Shown piece after piece: positions 26,601-38,313 of a stretch of DNA of 64,000 bases (position 1 is the stretch's first letter; every line of letters starts with the position of its first letter). Origin of the DNA: Amoebophrya sp. A120 (lineage: Eukaryota; Protista; Dinoflagellata); assembly GCA_905178155.1 (NCBI GenBank), contig CAJINV010000002.1, positions 5,513,709-5,577,708 of the forward strand, read 5' to 3'. Position numbers and translations under genes: made by a program. Below the pieces are notes generated by a model. That model saw only the letters and a list, made by a program, of their open reading frames with translations. It was not told where the DNA came from and ran no database searches.

Positions 26601-28482
26601 CAGGCGGGCGCGCCCGGGCGTCCGCTGGTGCGCCCCTCGGCGCCGACGTTTTGTCACAGAATGAGGCCCCAGACACTCCGTTAACCAGACCTCGGGGTAC
26701 CCAGAGGTTCTGTTTATCGCGAGCTGTTTTTGGATTTTTGGGTCTGCAGCCAAAAATCCAAAAACAGCTCGCGATAAACACGACCTCTGGGTACCCATAG
26801 GTCTGGTTAACGGAGTGGCGCAGGGTCCATTCCTGGACACAACGTCGGCCTGGGTTACGGGGATACTGAATCTACTTAACACGACCTTTGGCCATGCAAA
26901 GGTCATGTTAAGCGGTTTTTTTTCCCGGCAGACTCAGGGAGTCCGGGACTCAGGGAGTACTCATTTGCCCTTGCGCTCCTGTGTCCCTATTCACGGGTCA
27001 GCTCAACTTCGAGCCTGTTTGCAATATTAGCGTCCGCCCTGAATCCCGATTCAGGGTTCTAGGGATCGCTTATCGCTGAGAAATCGCATCAAATGTTGGG
27101 CGAGAGATCGTGGAAAGTTGGATTCTCACAGAGTGGCCGGGTTTGCCGCTTATTCCCGTACTCAGAGTAGTGGTGAACAAATCCCTTCACGCTCGACCCG
27201 CCCCAGCATCGTGACCAAAAGCAGTCAAAGTGTCGTCCAAAAGCCCCCGCGTGGAACTATCGCGCTGAACGAAATACGGAATCACGCGGCAGACCCAGGC
27301 CGAGACGATGAGCAAAAACGCGACCAGTTGCACCAGGGCGTGGACGCGAGCGACGACGACGATGAAAATTCGCTCGACAATTTTGCGGAGATGAAGCTCT
27401 TGAATACTTCAATTGCAGCAGCCAGCAACGCCACCACAGCTGCACCCCAGACTACAGACGTTTCCGGACGGCTGTCGTTTCCGGACGGCGCATTTGGTTT
27501 CCAAGCTTACAACCACAGTTTTTACCATGTGGCACAGGAAATCCCGCCGACCCTGGCGATGCCGCACGCGGACGTGGTGATATCAAACAAAAAAAGTTCG
27601 TCACGATCATTCATGCGCATTTTTGCAATACAAAATTGTTTGCCTTGCGTAAAAATGCATCACAGCCAAACTTCGTTAGGGATTTCCCTAGTGTTTCTGC
27701 AATACAAGGAAAATTTTTGACGCTAAGAAAATTTGTAATGCAAACGCAAACCCTGCAAATTGGTGACTGTGATAAACTTTTTTCTCTCCATAGGTCAAGA
27801 CGAAGATCCACAAGTGGGAAAGCTTCCGGCACGGTCTCCACTTCTGCGGGCAGATCATCGCGCTCATGTTCATGATCGAGCTCACGCTGCACATCTTCTG
27901 CCACGGGGTCATTCACCACTTCACGCACGGGTCCAAGCTACTGATCATCGGCCACTGGCTGGACGCGTTTGTGATTCCCTTCAGCTTCATCACCGAGTGG
28001 TTCCTCGCGGAAGATTATGCAGTGCAAATTAGTTCTTGCATGGATCTGGTTCTGGATTTAATATGATGCGCATTTTCCTGATAATTGAATAACGACCAGA
28101 TCCCCTGATGTTCATGCTCCATCAAGAGGATCAATCAACGTGCTTGTCGTGTAGAGCGCTTATTCATTTTTCCAGACCCGGAGGTAGACCACACTACACT
28201 TTTGCACTGGATAGCGAAATGCAGTCTTCGTCTTTTGTGACCGGCTTGCGGCTGTGGCGCATTCTGAAGATCTGCGTGGGGGAAACGGTCTTGGCGGCCC
28301 AAATCGCCGCGCGCGAGGAGAAGGCGGAAGACCACGAACGGGAAAAAATGATTGAGTTCTTGGAGGAAAAGATCGAAGAGGGAACAGCGGAAGGGGACGA
28401 TCGGAAGTCACAGGTGGTGGGGCAATTGCTAGAGGAATTCAAAGTGTTGCACCCACAACACACTCACGATGACGACCATTGA
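23651..28482 (+). CDS. HVCN1: Voltage-gated proton channel (Hv1-like), ~825 aa, 8 exons
   Basis: S1 EIGLIFLIILDVAVV with the selectivity Asp, S2 LHFCGQIIALMFMIELTLHIF, S3 WLDAFVIPFSFITE, S4 GLRLWRILK, then a coiled-coil tail and no pore domain. Removing 7 elements (2354 nt) gives 2478 nt in frame. Confidence 0.85.
24006..24228. mobile_element. Introner family A-like
   Basis: tacca/cacca; 228 nt. Confidence 0.9.
24275..24553. mobile_element. Introner family C (tatcctatgta(g/a)aaacg TIR)
   Basis: acgcg/ttgcg; 284 nt. Confidence 0.85.
24634..24884. mobile_element. Introner family A
   Basis: Perfect agggg; 256 nt. Confidence 0.93.
24954..25275. mobile_element. Introner family B (reverse-complement near-copy of 50253-50573)
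   Basis: Perfect cgaaa; 327 nt. Confidence 0.93.
26331..27167. mobile_element. Long TA-flanked TIR element acting as an intron
   Basis: Imperfect ~45-bp TIR (ctct...gaat.agcggcaaa.ccgg...ctgtga) with TA on both sides. Removing 839 nt joins ORF 25181 to ORF 27118. Confidence 0.75.
26674..26817. repeat. Near-perfect 144-bp palindrome (hairpin) inside the long element
   Basis: cactccgttaaccagacct...tttttgg / ccaaaaa...aggtctggttaacggagtg; ~68-bp arms, 8-nt loop, few mismatches. Confidence 0.92.
27581..27792. mobile_element. Introner family D-like (A-tract TIR)
   Basis: ggtga/ggtca; 217 nt; can also be read as GT-AG at 27577-27793. Confidence 0.85.
28016..28213. mobile_element. Introner, degenerate
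   Basis: tatgcagtgcaaa...tttgcactggata; 203 nt joins Hv1 S3 to S4. Confidence 0.8.
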
Positions 28483-28779
28483 TGAAAAGTCGAGCTGTAG
28501 CGGTGGAATGAAAAAACCAAAACAGAAAAATTTCTTCTGCTACTAGCTAGAGCCACACTTATACGCAAGTTCCACTACACTTCTATACAATTCGAAGAAT
28601 ATGAAAATTTCAATTTGCTGTATGATACACACACCTACCGGATAGGATACCGATAGCGATAATACTCAACCTGTTTCATCTACACTAATATCTGCACCAC
28701 GAAAACGAATCTATCAAAACTTTGTATTGCTTTGCTTTGAAATACTTTTTGTTTTTGCACTTGTATCAAAACAATCTTG

Positions 28780-30450
28780 AGAATTATTGAATGAATGAAA
28801 ATTCAAAAACGATCCATAATGGCTCGAACCCGTTTTCCGACCAAAGAAAAAACTCGAGGAGTCGATTCTTGATATTTTTTCTCGCCACTCAAGATTCAAT
28901 GTTTCCAGGTTTGTCGACATACATTTCCGATTTTCCAGAGTGATGACAAAACTCTAAAAAATCTCCGAAATTCATTCTATGCATTCGATGAATATTCCAT
29001 AAGTTTCTCGATATTTCCGATTTCCAATGAATGATGATTTGCAATGATTTTCCAGGATGCGAAAACCCCAAAAAATCTCCGAAATTCATTCGATTCCACA
29101 GGTTTATCGATATAGGATTATGAATTCGAACCAATTTAATGACTTTCCAGAATGATGATTTAGTTTACAATGAATTTTTTCCAGGATGATAAAATCCCAA
29201 AAAAATGACATAGATATTATTTCGAATATATTTGCCATGATTTAGATTTTCCAGAGAGAGTCAATGATTTTCCAGACTCCACGATATATTTTTGAGAGAA
29301 CGACAAGATGAGGAGAATGGAGAAAGAAATTCTCGGATCGGGCCTTTGAGACAATTTGAGTCATGCCCAGACATGACAAGAAACAAAGAATCCATGATTT
29401 TCCAGGATGAAGACAAAATCCCAAAAAATTTCCGAAATAAATTCACTCTTTCTTGTCGATGAATTTCTCTGGATTCATTCTCTTTCAGATTTCCTCTTGT
29501 TCTATTGTCTGTTGAAAAAAGAAGAAATTTTGAACGAAACATGAATATTCCTCCTGGAATTATGAATCTGAATTGTGGACAGATAGATGTTCATCATTCG
29601 ATCATCCGAAATCCCAAATAATTCTTGGAGATTCATAAATATAAGATTCTCAAGAGAGAAATTTTTTTTTCCTTCGAAGGAATATATTAGAATCATATGA
29701 GAGAAAATTTTTCTAGAGATCGAAAATATAAATTTCTTTTAGAATATCAATGAAATTCTCGATTTTGATCCCAGAGAGATAACAAATCATATGATCTCAT
29801 TCAGATTATTTCAGATGGATGAAAATTTTTTATAGGAAAACCTCCTTTGATATCGAGATTCCATATCATTTTCTTTCTTTCTTGTCATGTCTGGATATGA
29901 TTCGAATTATCTCATAGATCCGATCCGAGATTGTCTTTCTTCGATCTCTTTTTCTTCACATTCTCTCAAAGATAGATCGATGAAGAAATACTAAAATATT
30001 CAATCTCTCTTATTTCTCAGATTATTCCATCTATCGATCCATCCATCAATCGAAATGAAAAAAATAAGAAAAATTCCCACAGATTATTTCTTTCTTTCTT
30101 ACTTTCTTGTCATTTCTGGGCATGACTCATTCAAATTGTCTCATAAGCCCGGTCCGAGGTTGTCAGTCTGTCTTCGTTCTCATCATCTTGTCGCTCTCTC
30201 AAAGATAGATTGATGGAGAAATTTCTGAGGAAACCGAAAAATTCGAAGAATATATCTATGAATCCAAATCCGAGGTAACATTTTTGCAAGATATTCTGCA
30301 TCTCTTCATCATGATTCATTTTGCATCCAACATTCGGCTTCTATCTCATCTTTATTTCTTCCTATGCAGCTCAATCACATTGATGATTTCGTAAATGGAA
30401 ATCATTGGAATTCGAATATACATGATGAATTGCAGCCTGTTCCAGGTATC
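28780..30450. repeat. AT-rich island with degenerate direct and inverted repeats at the convergent strand switch
   Basis: ttttccaggatga..aaatcccaaaaaat units at ~28930, 29046, 29176 and 29396. Segment 29281-29390 recurs inverted at ~29870-29980 and ~30097-30210. Confidence 0.8.
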
Positions 30451-30674
30451 GATTAAGAAGAAGAAGAACGGGAATTCTTATGTATTGTCCCGTAGTTTGG
30501 CTTTGGAGGTAAGTCATGGAGTTTCATTTTTCATAGAATTCGGTCGGAAATGAGTCGTGTGCCTCAGCAAAAGACAATAAATCATGTCGCTTTTGATGTT
30601 TCTTGTTCGTGGGATCCTAGTATTCTCGCAGCGCATGTTGACATGGATTCAACAACTCTCCATATTCCTTCCAT

Positions 30675-32438
30675 CTAGTCGCTTAACTCAATCATTTCCG
30701 TGGAGGATTGACCGAGTAGATTGTTAGTCCCCCCGATACTCGTCGAACTAGTCCCCCCGCCAGCCTGTGCAGCTGCAGCTCCGCCGGTTGAGGACGCGGA
30801 GGAACTACTGCCGGCACCGCTGGTCGAGGAAAACAACAATCCAGTGGGACCACCTTTCGCGGTTCCTTCTTTATTACCCTCTGGTCGCTTCTTGTTCGTA
30901 CAGCTGCCCATGAATTGGCAATCGTCGTCTTCTTGCAGAGCTGAATACAACAAGGAAGACGACTTCGCCCCAGATGATGTTGATGTCGGGAAAACGCTTC
31001 CCGAGCTACTGCTCGTTTTCCCCGCGGCGGTCCCCAGCATATCCGGTAGAAAGGGTTGTAAGATTTTCGGCACGACGCACAGTTCGTCCAGATCGGGCAT
31101 TTCAAACATCCCGGACTGAAATTGCTCGAACTCCTGTTGCAACACAACCTTCGGATCTCCTTTTGCTGTGGTTTGCTTTTGCCCCTTCAGGAGCGGCGCC
31201 TTGCTGTTTGGTCCTGCTGGTGTTATGAGTTGTCCTGTTGAAGAACTTGCGGCGCTAGTACTGGCTGCACTACTACTAGAAATTCCTGCGCCTCCTGTTG
31301 CAGAGACAACTGCACTACCATTTCCTGTCTGCTCCACCTCTGCGGCTTCCACAATCCTTTGGAACGCTTCTTGGCAGTACTTCGCCGCACAGATCCCGTA
31401 CCACTTGGCGCCCTTGTTTCGCAATTTCAAAAAGTCGTACAACCGGAACAGGTCCTCCCGGGCGAATATTGTTCCCGAAAAGCACAAATCCGCCAGCTTG
31501 CCGTCCAGGATCTCGAAAAAGGAAAAGTTGTTTTTAGTCTGTTTCAGATTTTCATCGTGTGCTACTGTTACTTGTTCTTTCCCGCTTTTTGATGTTGAGC
31601 AAGTGGTTGCTCCCTCGACCAGCCCCGCACTCTTTGCCAGCGCTTCCCGGAGTCCACTCGCTGCTTCTTCCAGCATTTCCACCCAGGAATCGGATTTCGT
31701 GTCGAAGAACTTTGCCTTCTCCCTGACTTCCTTTTCCAACTTTTCCTCCTCCCCCAGGTCGTGCGACTCCTGCTGGATCTGGTTCACGTTTTGAATGTAC
31801 TCCTCGTTCAGCTTTTTCCGGTTCTCCTCATCCCGCTTCGTCTGCTCCTCGGACAGCTTCAGCGCCTGTTTCAATTCCTCGTCTTCCTCCTCATTGTCGG
31901 GCGGGGAGAAGAGTGCAGAACTACCCTGCTCCTCGTCGATTTGTCCGTTGTTCCCGAGAAGATGATCTCGACGTCCTGGGCTAATCTCATTTCCATGGCT
32001 GTCATCTTTTTGCGCAGAAGAAGAAGACAAGGAGGACACTTTATTTATCCCGCCTTTTTTGTTTCTCCGCTCCTCCTCCAGCCGACTCTCTTCCAGTGCT
32101 TTTCTCAAAGCCGCGTCCTCGTCGTAGGCAGCACCATTCATCTGCTCAAAATTATCGTCATCATCAGGAACAATCAAGCGTTGTCTCTTCGCACCAGCAG
32201 GACTTCTACTTGGGCCACTTCTACTACTGTCAACAAACTCGCCTATGTGCAAGCCGAGTCGGTTGTGGTCGTAGGAGCTACCGCCCTGCTGGCGGGCCGC
32301 GGCACGAGCAGCAGCGCCGCTTTGGTCATCGTCGTCGTCGAAAAACAGGTTGTCCAGATCGTCGTCCATATCGTCCGCTCCTTCCGAGCTCTGCCGCCGC
32401 CGGCGCTTCTTCTTTGCGTCGTTCTTCCTCGAGGCCAT
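30675..32438 (-). CDS. Protein with two putative ubiquitin-interacting motifs, ~587 aa
   Basis: Long ORF starting MASRKNDAKKKRRRR (NLS-like). UIM-like motifs EDAALRKALEES and EDEELKQALKLS. Confidence 0.7.
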   Translation of the reverse strand: MASRKNDAKKKRRRRQSSEGADDMDDDLDNLFFDDDDDQSGAAARAAARQQGGSSYDHNRLGLHIGEFVDSSRSGPSRSPAGAKRQRLIVPDDDDNFEQMNGAAYDEDAALRKALEESRLEEERRNKKGGINKVSSLSSSSAQKDDSHGNEISPGRRDHLLGNNGQIDEEQGSSALFSPPDNEEEDEELKQALKLSEEQTKRDEENRKKLNEEYIQNVNQIQQESHDLGEEEKLEKEVREKAKFFDTKSDSWVEMLEEAASGLREALAKSAGLVEGATTCSTSKSGKEQVTVAHDENLKQTKNNFSFFEILDGKLADLCFSGTIFAREDLFRLYDFLKLRNKGAKWYGICAAKYCQEAFQRIVEAAEVEQTGNGSAVVSATGGAGISSSSAASTSAASSSTGQLITPAGPNSKAPLLKGQKQTTAKGDPKVVLQQEFEQFQSGMFEMPDLDELCVVPKILQPFLPDMLGTAAGKTSSSSGSVFPTSTSSGAKSSSLLYSALQEDDDCQFMGSCTNKKRPEGNKEGTAKGGPTGLLFSSTSGAGSSSSASSTGGAAAAQAGGGTSSTSIGGTNNLLGQSSTEMIELSD

Positions 32439-33565
32439 AGTTGTACTTTGGATAGAAGTAGAAGTAGGGAAGAAGTTGTTGTGCTCCTGCTCAGACGATG
32501 CTGCACCTCCTTGAGAGGAACTACGCCGTCGTCGCGCGAGAATAAGGGAGAAACCGTAAGCAAGATCAGGTGGATAAAATCGAGTGGTCGTTGTGTCAGG
32601 AAGAAGTAGCGACGTAAAAAAGATCTCCTTCGCTGCGAAAAGAAAAAACAGCAGCTTGGATATAACGCGTGGAAATCGAACTGAATATTTGTGCGCAAAG
32701 AAAAACATAAGGCGGAGGGTAAGCGAAATATGGAACTACGACTGAAAAATGGGGGAAACTGCTACTCAACGGTGGAATACGCTGTGGATATATTTTCCTC
32801 TGTCCTCAATCTCTAGCCTTTTTTTGGAAGCGGTTGCACGTTTTTATTTGGCTCATCGCAGGAGAAGTATAATGGAAAACACGCTGCCGAAGTGAGAAAA
32901 GATCTATCTTCTGGCTCCGTGCCCTGTTGTATATACGCACTTTGACCTTCTGGCTGAAAATATAGGTAGTTGACAGGAGCGAAAAAAATTCTTTCCTGTG
33001 CAGGAGGACACGCAGCACTTTTGTGCGCCATTCTCGGACCATTTCCAAGAGACTGGTGGCGACTAGGTAGTAAGAACACCTGCTCCTTAGTTGTAGCGAC
33101 CTGATGAAAGACGACTCTTTGGGAACTCGGTCTGCCTTCTGATGATGAAATGAAATCTTTCTACGATTATTTTGATAGGGTGGAAGAACCGCTCGCGTGA
33201 GAATAAAACAGGTTTCGTTATCTTCTTGCAAAAAACAATGACATCAACATGGCTTTCGTCTAAACACAGTGACAGTTATGGTCAAAGTTTGATACAATTG
33301 CATTTCATTGAGGACAATATCTCGCTGAAACAATAAATACAAAAAACCCAGAATCAAAAGTCAAAATGTGAAAAGTTGTCTGCCAACAAATTTTGTAGTG
33401 TAATTGTAAATTAGTGTTTCTTTGATACAAGGAAGTACAAAAATCGGTATAGCGTAACAGAGCAAATCCGGCGCAATGCAGAATAGCCTCGCCTGGTACT
33501 ATCGGTATCGACAGCAACAATGAATTCTACAAATTGTTCATCAACATCAAATTATTTTGCTCATC

Positions 33566-36500
33566 TCACTTCCATTTCGCGGACCTCCTAGGTAGCACCA
33601 TCGGCGCCATGCCCATCATCGAGCCATTCTCCCGCAGGGGTGAGGAAGATGTGACCCGCATGCCCCCTTCCTGCGGATAGAAACTCTTCTTCGCCGAACC
33701 GCGATTTGCTCCCGTTCCTCGCCCCCGCAAAGAAGTGGTGGTTATACCAGCGTTATTTGAAGATGCGCTATCCTTCTTCAGATTCAGCGAGCTGGTGGTT
33801 GTCTGCATGCCGGAGTTCGTATTTCCGTGATTGTTGCCCCTGAAACTGCCGTCCGTGCTGGTGCGCCAGTCTCTGCCAGTGGTCGTGTAATTCGTCTTGT
33901 TGGTCGTCAGATTTGAGGAATTGTTGGTCCCCGACGAGCGGTAGGACTCGTGCTTCTTGTCAAAGTTCACGTTCGCCCACCGGCCCGGGGGCTTGCTCGG
34001 ACTGGAGTGGAAGTTCACGGTCTTTTTCGGCGACCCGCCGGACAAATCAAAACCGTTCGCAAAGGTCTTTGAAAACTGGTGTTTCGGGGAGGGGGACCGC
34101 GATGCGTTCCTGCCGTTCTGCCGTTGTTCCCGGTTGAAAAATCCGGTCTTGGTCGACTGCGCGGACTGCAGGACCAAAGGTTGGTTGGAAGACCCGAAGG
34201 ACGCGTGGGTGCCGCGCATCCCCAACTGGTCGTCCGTTGGCGAATACCCGATCGGCGACGCACTTCGACTCCCTGTCCGCCGTGCCTGCTCCAGAGCCGG
34301 CAAATACCGCTCGCGAATCATCCGGCCCCCGGTCGGGGAAAACGACCGCGCGTGGGAGGACGAAGCGCCGAAATTTTGGTGCCACTGACTACTGCCCCCC
34401 GTCACGTTTTGCAGCGTGGAGCTGGTGCCGACCCGGTCGGACGTCTCTTCGGTCGTCGAAAACCCGCCTGACCCCGACGCGGTCGCGGTGAAATTATTTC
34501 CCTCGCCGCTCCCGCTGCCCGATGCGTTCCCGCCGCTCCGGTTGCTGCTGCGCTTACTTTCCTTGGAGTCCGGGCGGAATTGGTCGTGGTCCGGCTCTGG
34601 CAAATACGGTAGCCCGGTCAGTTGCTTCGGATTGTAGCTTCCGAGCGGCACGTGCCGGTCGGGTTTGAACCGCCCGAGTTTCTCCGGCCGGCCCATCGAC
34701 CGGATCCTCTCCGCCCAGGGGCCGCCGGTTGTCGGGAATTGGTCCTCCTCCTGTTTCTGTTTCCCCGGCGAGAGGACTTGCTGCTGCTGTCCACCGGAAG
34801 CGCTGTGTTGTCCTCGCGAGCCCGGCCTCGTGCGCATTTTGCCCTTGGATTCCTGCGTTTTCAACTTCTTGTCCGAGGATTTCGGTCTTCTAGACGGGTC
34901 TTTCTCGTGGTCTTTCCGCTTGTGTTTCCGCTCGTGGGGCGACGGTGTACGGCTGCGGCTCCCGGGTCGTGGACCAGCACCGTCAAACGCCTCGCTTAGG
35001 CCAAGCAGGTCCCGGTACTCCTGCGTTTTCCCGCCGGAATAAAACTTGTATCAGAGTGCACAAAGACCCCCTGGGACCCGTCATTTGCAAGGGATGACAA
35101 AGTCAAAGAAGCGCCAGAAACAAAGACGCAGGCCCTGCAACGAACACAAAGTCATGCGGTACTGCAGTACTTACTGTCTTTCCTGCTGGAACAATCTGGT
35201 ATGCCAAGCCAACAGTGTTCATGTCCTGGCGTTTTTGCATGACAAATAAGCGAGACCACGGTTGTTCTTGTGCACTTCCATAACTCGCCGTAGCGGTACA
35301 CACGGTCGTCCTCGTTCAGTTCCAATTCTCGATTGAAATCGTAGTTGCTCGCCTCCACCCGGTCCTGGAGCGTGTGCACGCGGGCCGAGTCGGGGGGTTC
35401 GGACGCCGAGTCTTCCTCGTCCTCCTTTTTGTAGTACCCCTCAGTTTTGTCGTCGCCGAACACCTTCCGTCGCACCGGGTCCAGTTCGTTTTTCCGGTTG
35501 AACCGCGTGCCAAACACTCCCTCCCCCTTCGGGTTGAAAATCCCCTGCTCGAGCTCCGCCTGCTCCTTCAGGGACAAAACGCGGGACCGCCGGCCCAGCC
35601 CGCCGTCGTTCCCCTCGAGAACCGCATTCGGCTGCTGGAAGATGGCCCGGACTAAGTGTTTCGGCTTGGTCTGCGGTGTATCAGCTGTAAAAATGTCTGG
35701 GTCTGGAAGAGTTCATCTTTGTCATGCTTGTTTGGCATGACTCTTAAATCTGTCATGCACGTTACCCAAGAGCTCCGTTTTTCTGTGATGCAGAAGCGCA
35801 GTTTGTCATGCAGAATAGGCAACACCTAGCAGCTCAGAAACTTGTCATGCTGAGCTAGCATTTGTAGCCTCATCATGAGACGCCACCCAGCATCACAAGT
35901 TCCCAGACCCAGACATTTTTACTTTTGATACGGTGTGTCCAGGTGCTCGAGGTACGCTTTCCCCGGCACGTCGGAAATAGTTTCCAGTTCGTTGGTCTGG
36001 CTGTGCACGTACTCCTGGTACACGATCTGTTTCTTGCACGCCATGCAGCACTTAGCCGGGTCCATTTGCGTCACCTTCCGGGGCGGCACGCCGGGGAGCG
36101 TCGAGAGCTGCCACTTCAGCTCTTCCAATTCGTTTCCAACGTTCTGCACCGTCACGTCGTTGTCCATGTCGTGCTGCATTTGTTGCAGCTTCATGTTCTT
36201 CTTTTCTATCTCCCGCGCGTGCATCTCCATCATGGCCTCTTGCACCGCGGTGAACTGCTTCTTCATCTTCACCCGCGTCTTCATTACCGCGACGATGTGC
36301 GTCACCATGCCGTCGACCGCCCGGTCGAGGAGTTTTTTGTTCAAGTCATGCTGTGCCTCCATCAGTTCCTCCTTGACCTTCCGCAACTGCCGCACTTCGG
36401 ACGCCGCTTCCGCAAATTTCTGCCGCACTTCAATCAACAAAAATCGTCCGTTATGCGAGAAAAAAACTGTGTAAGTGTAACTCTGTAATGCAGAGCATGC

Positions 36501-38313
36501 AAGAGAGTTCCACCTGTCATGCCAGACAGCCATGAAGTCCTCTTTCCGTGTGTGTTTTCCCTTAGAAGCCACGCATGACAGGTTTTCTCTGTCATGTAAG
36601 GCAAATTTGCGATGCTGTCAGCCAAAGAAAGTTACACTAACACAGTTTTTTTCTTGGATATCCATTCTCCGCTTTCAAGCTCGGCAACAGCCACTTCCAG
36701 TTGTAAAAGCCTCGCCGCAAAATCAGCGCGTTCCGCTGCTTCTGCGACAAGTCCGGGAGCTCCAAAGACCCCTGGTAGCGGAAGAGAATCGACGTCGCTT
36801 TGCTGTAGCACATCTTCCGCAATTTCGTCAGCTGTTTGTTCGCTAATTTCACCCCCTTATTCGCCTTTTCCAACTGTTTGTCCAGCGATTCGATCTCTAA
36901 TTTCATCCTTTCATTTTCCTCCCGCAGCCCGCCCGTCGCGTCCATCAGCTCGTTTATCCTCCGCACCGCAATGTCCTTTTCCAGCTGCCGCGTGAAGTGC
37001 ATAAACACATCCTTCACGTTCGCCGCCGCCGCGCCCTCGCGCCACTTCTCGACGATTTTCTTCTGCGACTGCATTTTGCTGTACTCCATCTTCTGTAGGC
37101 CGTCTTCCAGATAGGCGATTTTGTTTTCTAACTCGTCCACTTGGTCTTCCAACTTCTTCCGAATCTCGACGATATTCTTGTTCGCGCGCTCCGCTTGCTC
37201 AAACTTGAATTTTTCCTCCTGCAGCTGCTGTTCCAGGTCGAAGGTCTGCTTCTTCGACTCGACCAGTTGATCCTGATAGAAATCAAATATGCATTTCAGT
37301 TTTTTTTTGTACTTGTCATGCATAAACACAGGGCACTCAGCGGATTATGGGAGGTCATGCGAAAGAACAAATGGTGAAAAACTAAAACTGCATCAGAAAA
37401 CAGAGAAAATTGAAACACATTCGCATTATACCTCCAATTCTTTTTCTCTCGCCTGCGCTCGTTTCAGTGCGTGCCTCAGCTGATCCACGTCGTCCAATGC
37501 ATCGGGGTCGGCGGAGCTCAAAAAGCCGCCGAACTCTTGCCACCGGTCCTGGTAACAGGCCAAGTGAAAAAACGCGCGGTCAAACAAGTTTGCCACGCCG
37601 GCGAACTGCTTTCCGACGTCCATCAAGCGGAGTTTCAGCTGGTCCGCCGTCTGCACCTCCGCCCACACACCGGGCGAGGTGTAGTCGGTCTTCACCCTGC
37701 GGAAGACCCGGACGAGCTTCTGAAACGTCATCGCGGGGTCGTCCAGCATGGGGTCGCCGATGCTCCCCGCGGACTTTTTGGACTCCGCGGTGCTGGGGCG
37801 CAGCGTGTCCGCCTTCTGCGTGGATTGCGAGCGGGACCGGCTGGTGCTGCCCTGACTCCCGGCCGTACCCAGCCCCCGCCGCCGCATCGCCGCCAGCTCC
37901 AGGTCGCTGCGCTTCGGCCGCCCGGTGCGGTTGGGCTCATCGTCCGGGAACATCTTTCCGCCGTCGATTTGGAAAACGTTAACGGAGGAACCGACGGACT
38001 CGACCTCGTGGAGCGCGTTCGTGATCTCCTTGACACGCATGTTCTGCATCACGTGATCGGACAATTTGTGCGTCGGCGGGTGCTCCACCTGTTCCACGGC
38101 TTTGTCCGGGTGGTGGATTAGCCCGATCCCCATCATGTCCAACGGCGACTGCGGTCGCGGGAAGTTTTCCTCGACCGAAATGGGCGACCTGGACCGGTTT
38201 CGCGCCCCCTGCTCGTTCAGAACCCGGTTGCTTGTGTTCGTTTGCGGCCGGGCCATGTGGTGCTGGCCCCCCCGGGAGCCGCTGGAGGCCTCGCGGATCG
38301 GCGAGAGGACCAT
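33566..38313 (-). CDS. Coiled-coil protein, ~1292 aa, 5 exons
   Basis: ORFs 37426, 36637, 35919, 35152 and 33566 join in frame through one GT-AG intron (37273-37431) and three elements, giving 3879 nt. Confidence 0.8.
35049..35282. mobile_element. Introner (gtgcacaa TIR type)
   Basis: acttg/actcg; 239 nt matches the frame. Confidence 0.85.
35679..35930. mobile_element. Introner family A
   Basis: Perfect cggtg; 257 nt. Confidence 0.93.
36452..36660. mobile_element. Introner family D (agaaaaaaactgtgt.agtgtaac TIR)
   Basis: tccgt/tccat; 214 nt. Confidence 0.9.
37273..37431 (-). other. GT-AG intron with introner-like remnants
   Basis: gag|gtataatg...tatcag|gat; 159 nt, in frame; internal tgtcatgc motif. 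Confidence 0.8.

Noticed and set aside
31168-38121. Long + strand ORFs overlapping the - strand genes
   Set aside because: They are antisense shadows of GC-rich coding sequence.
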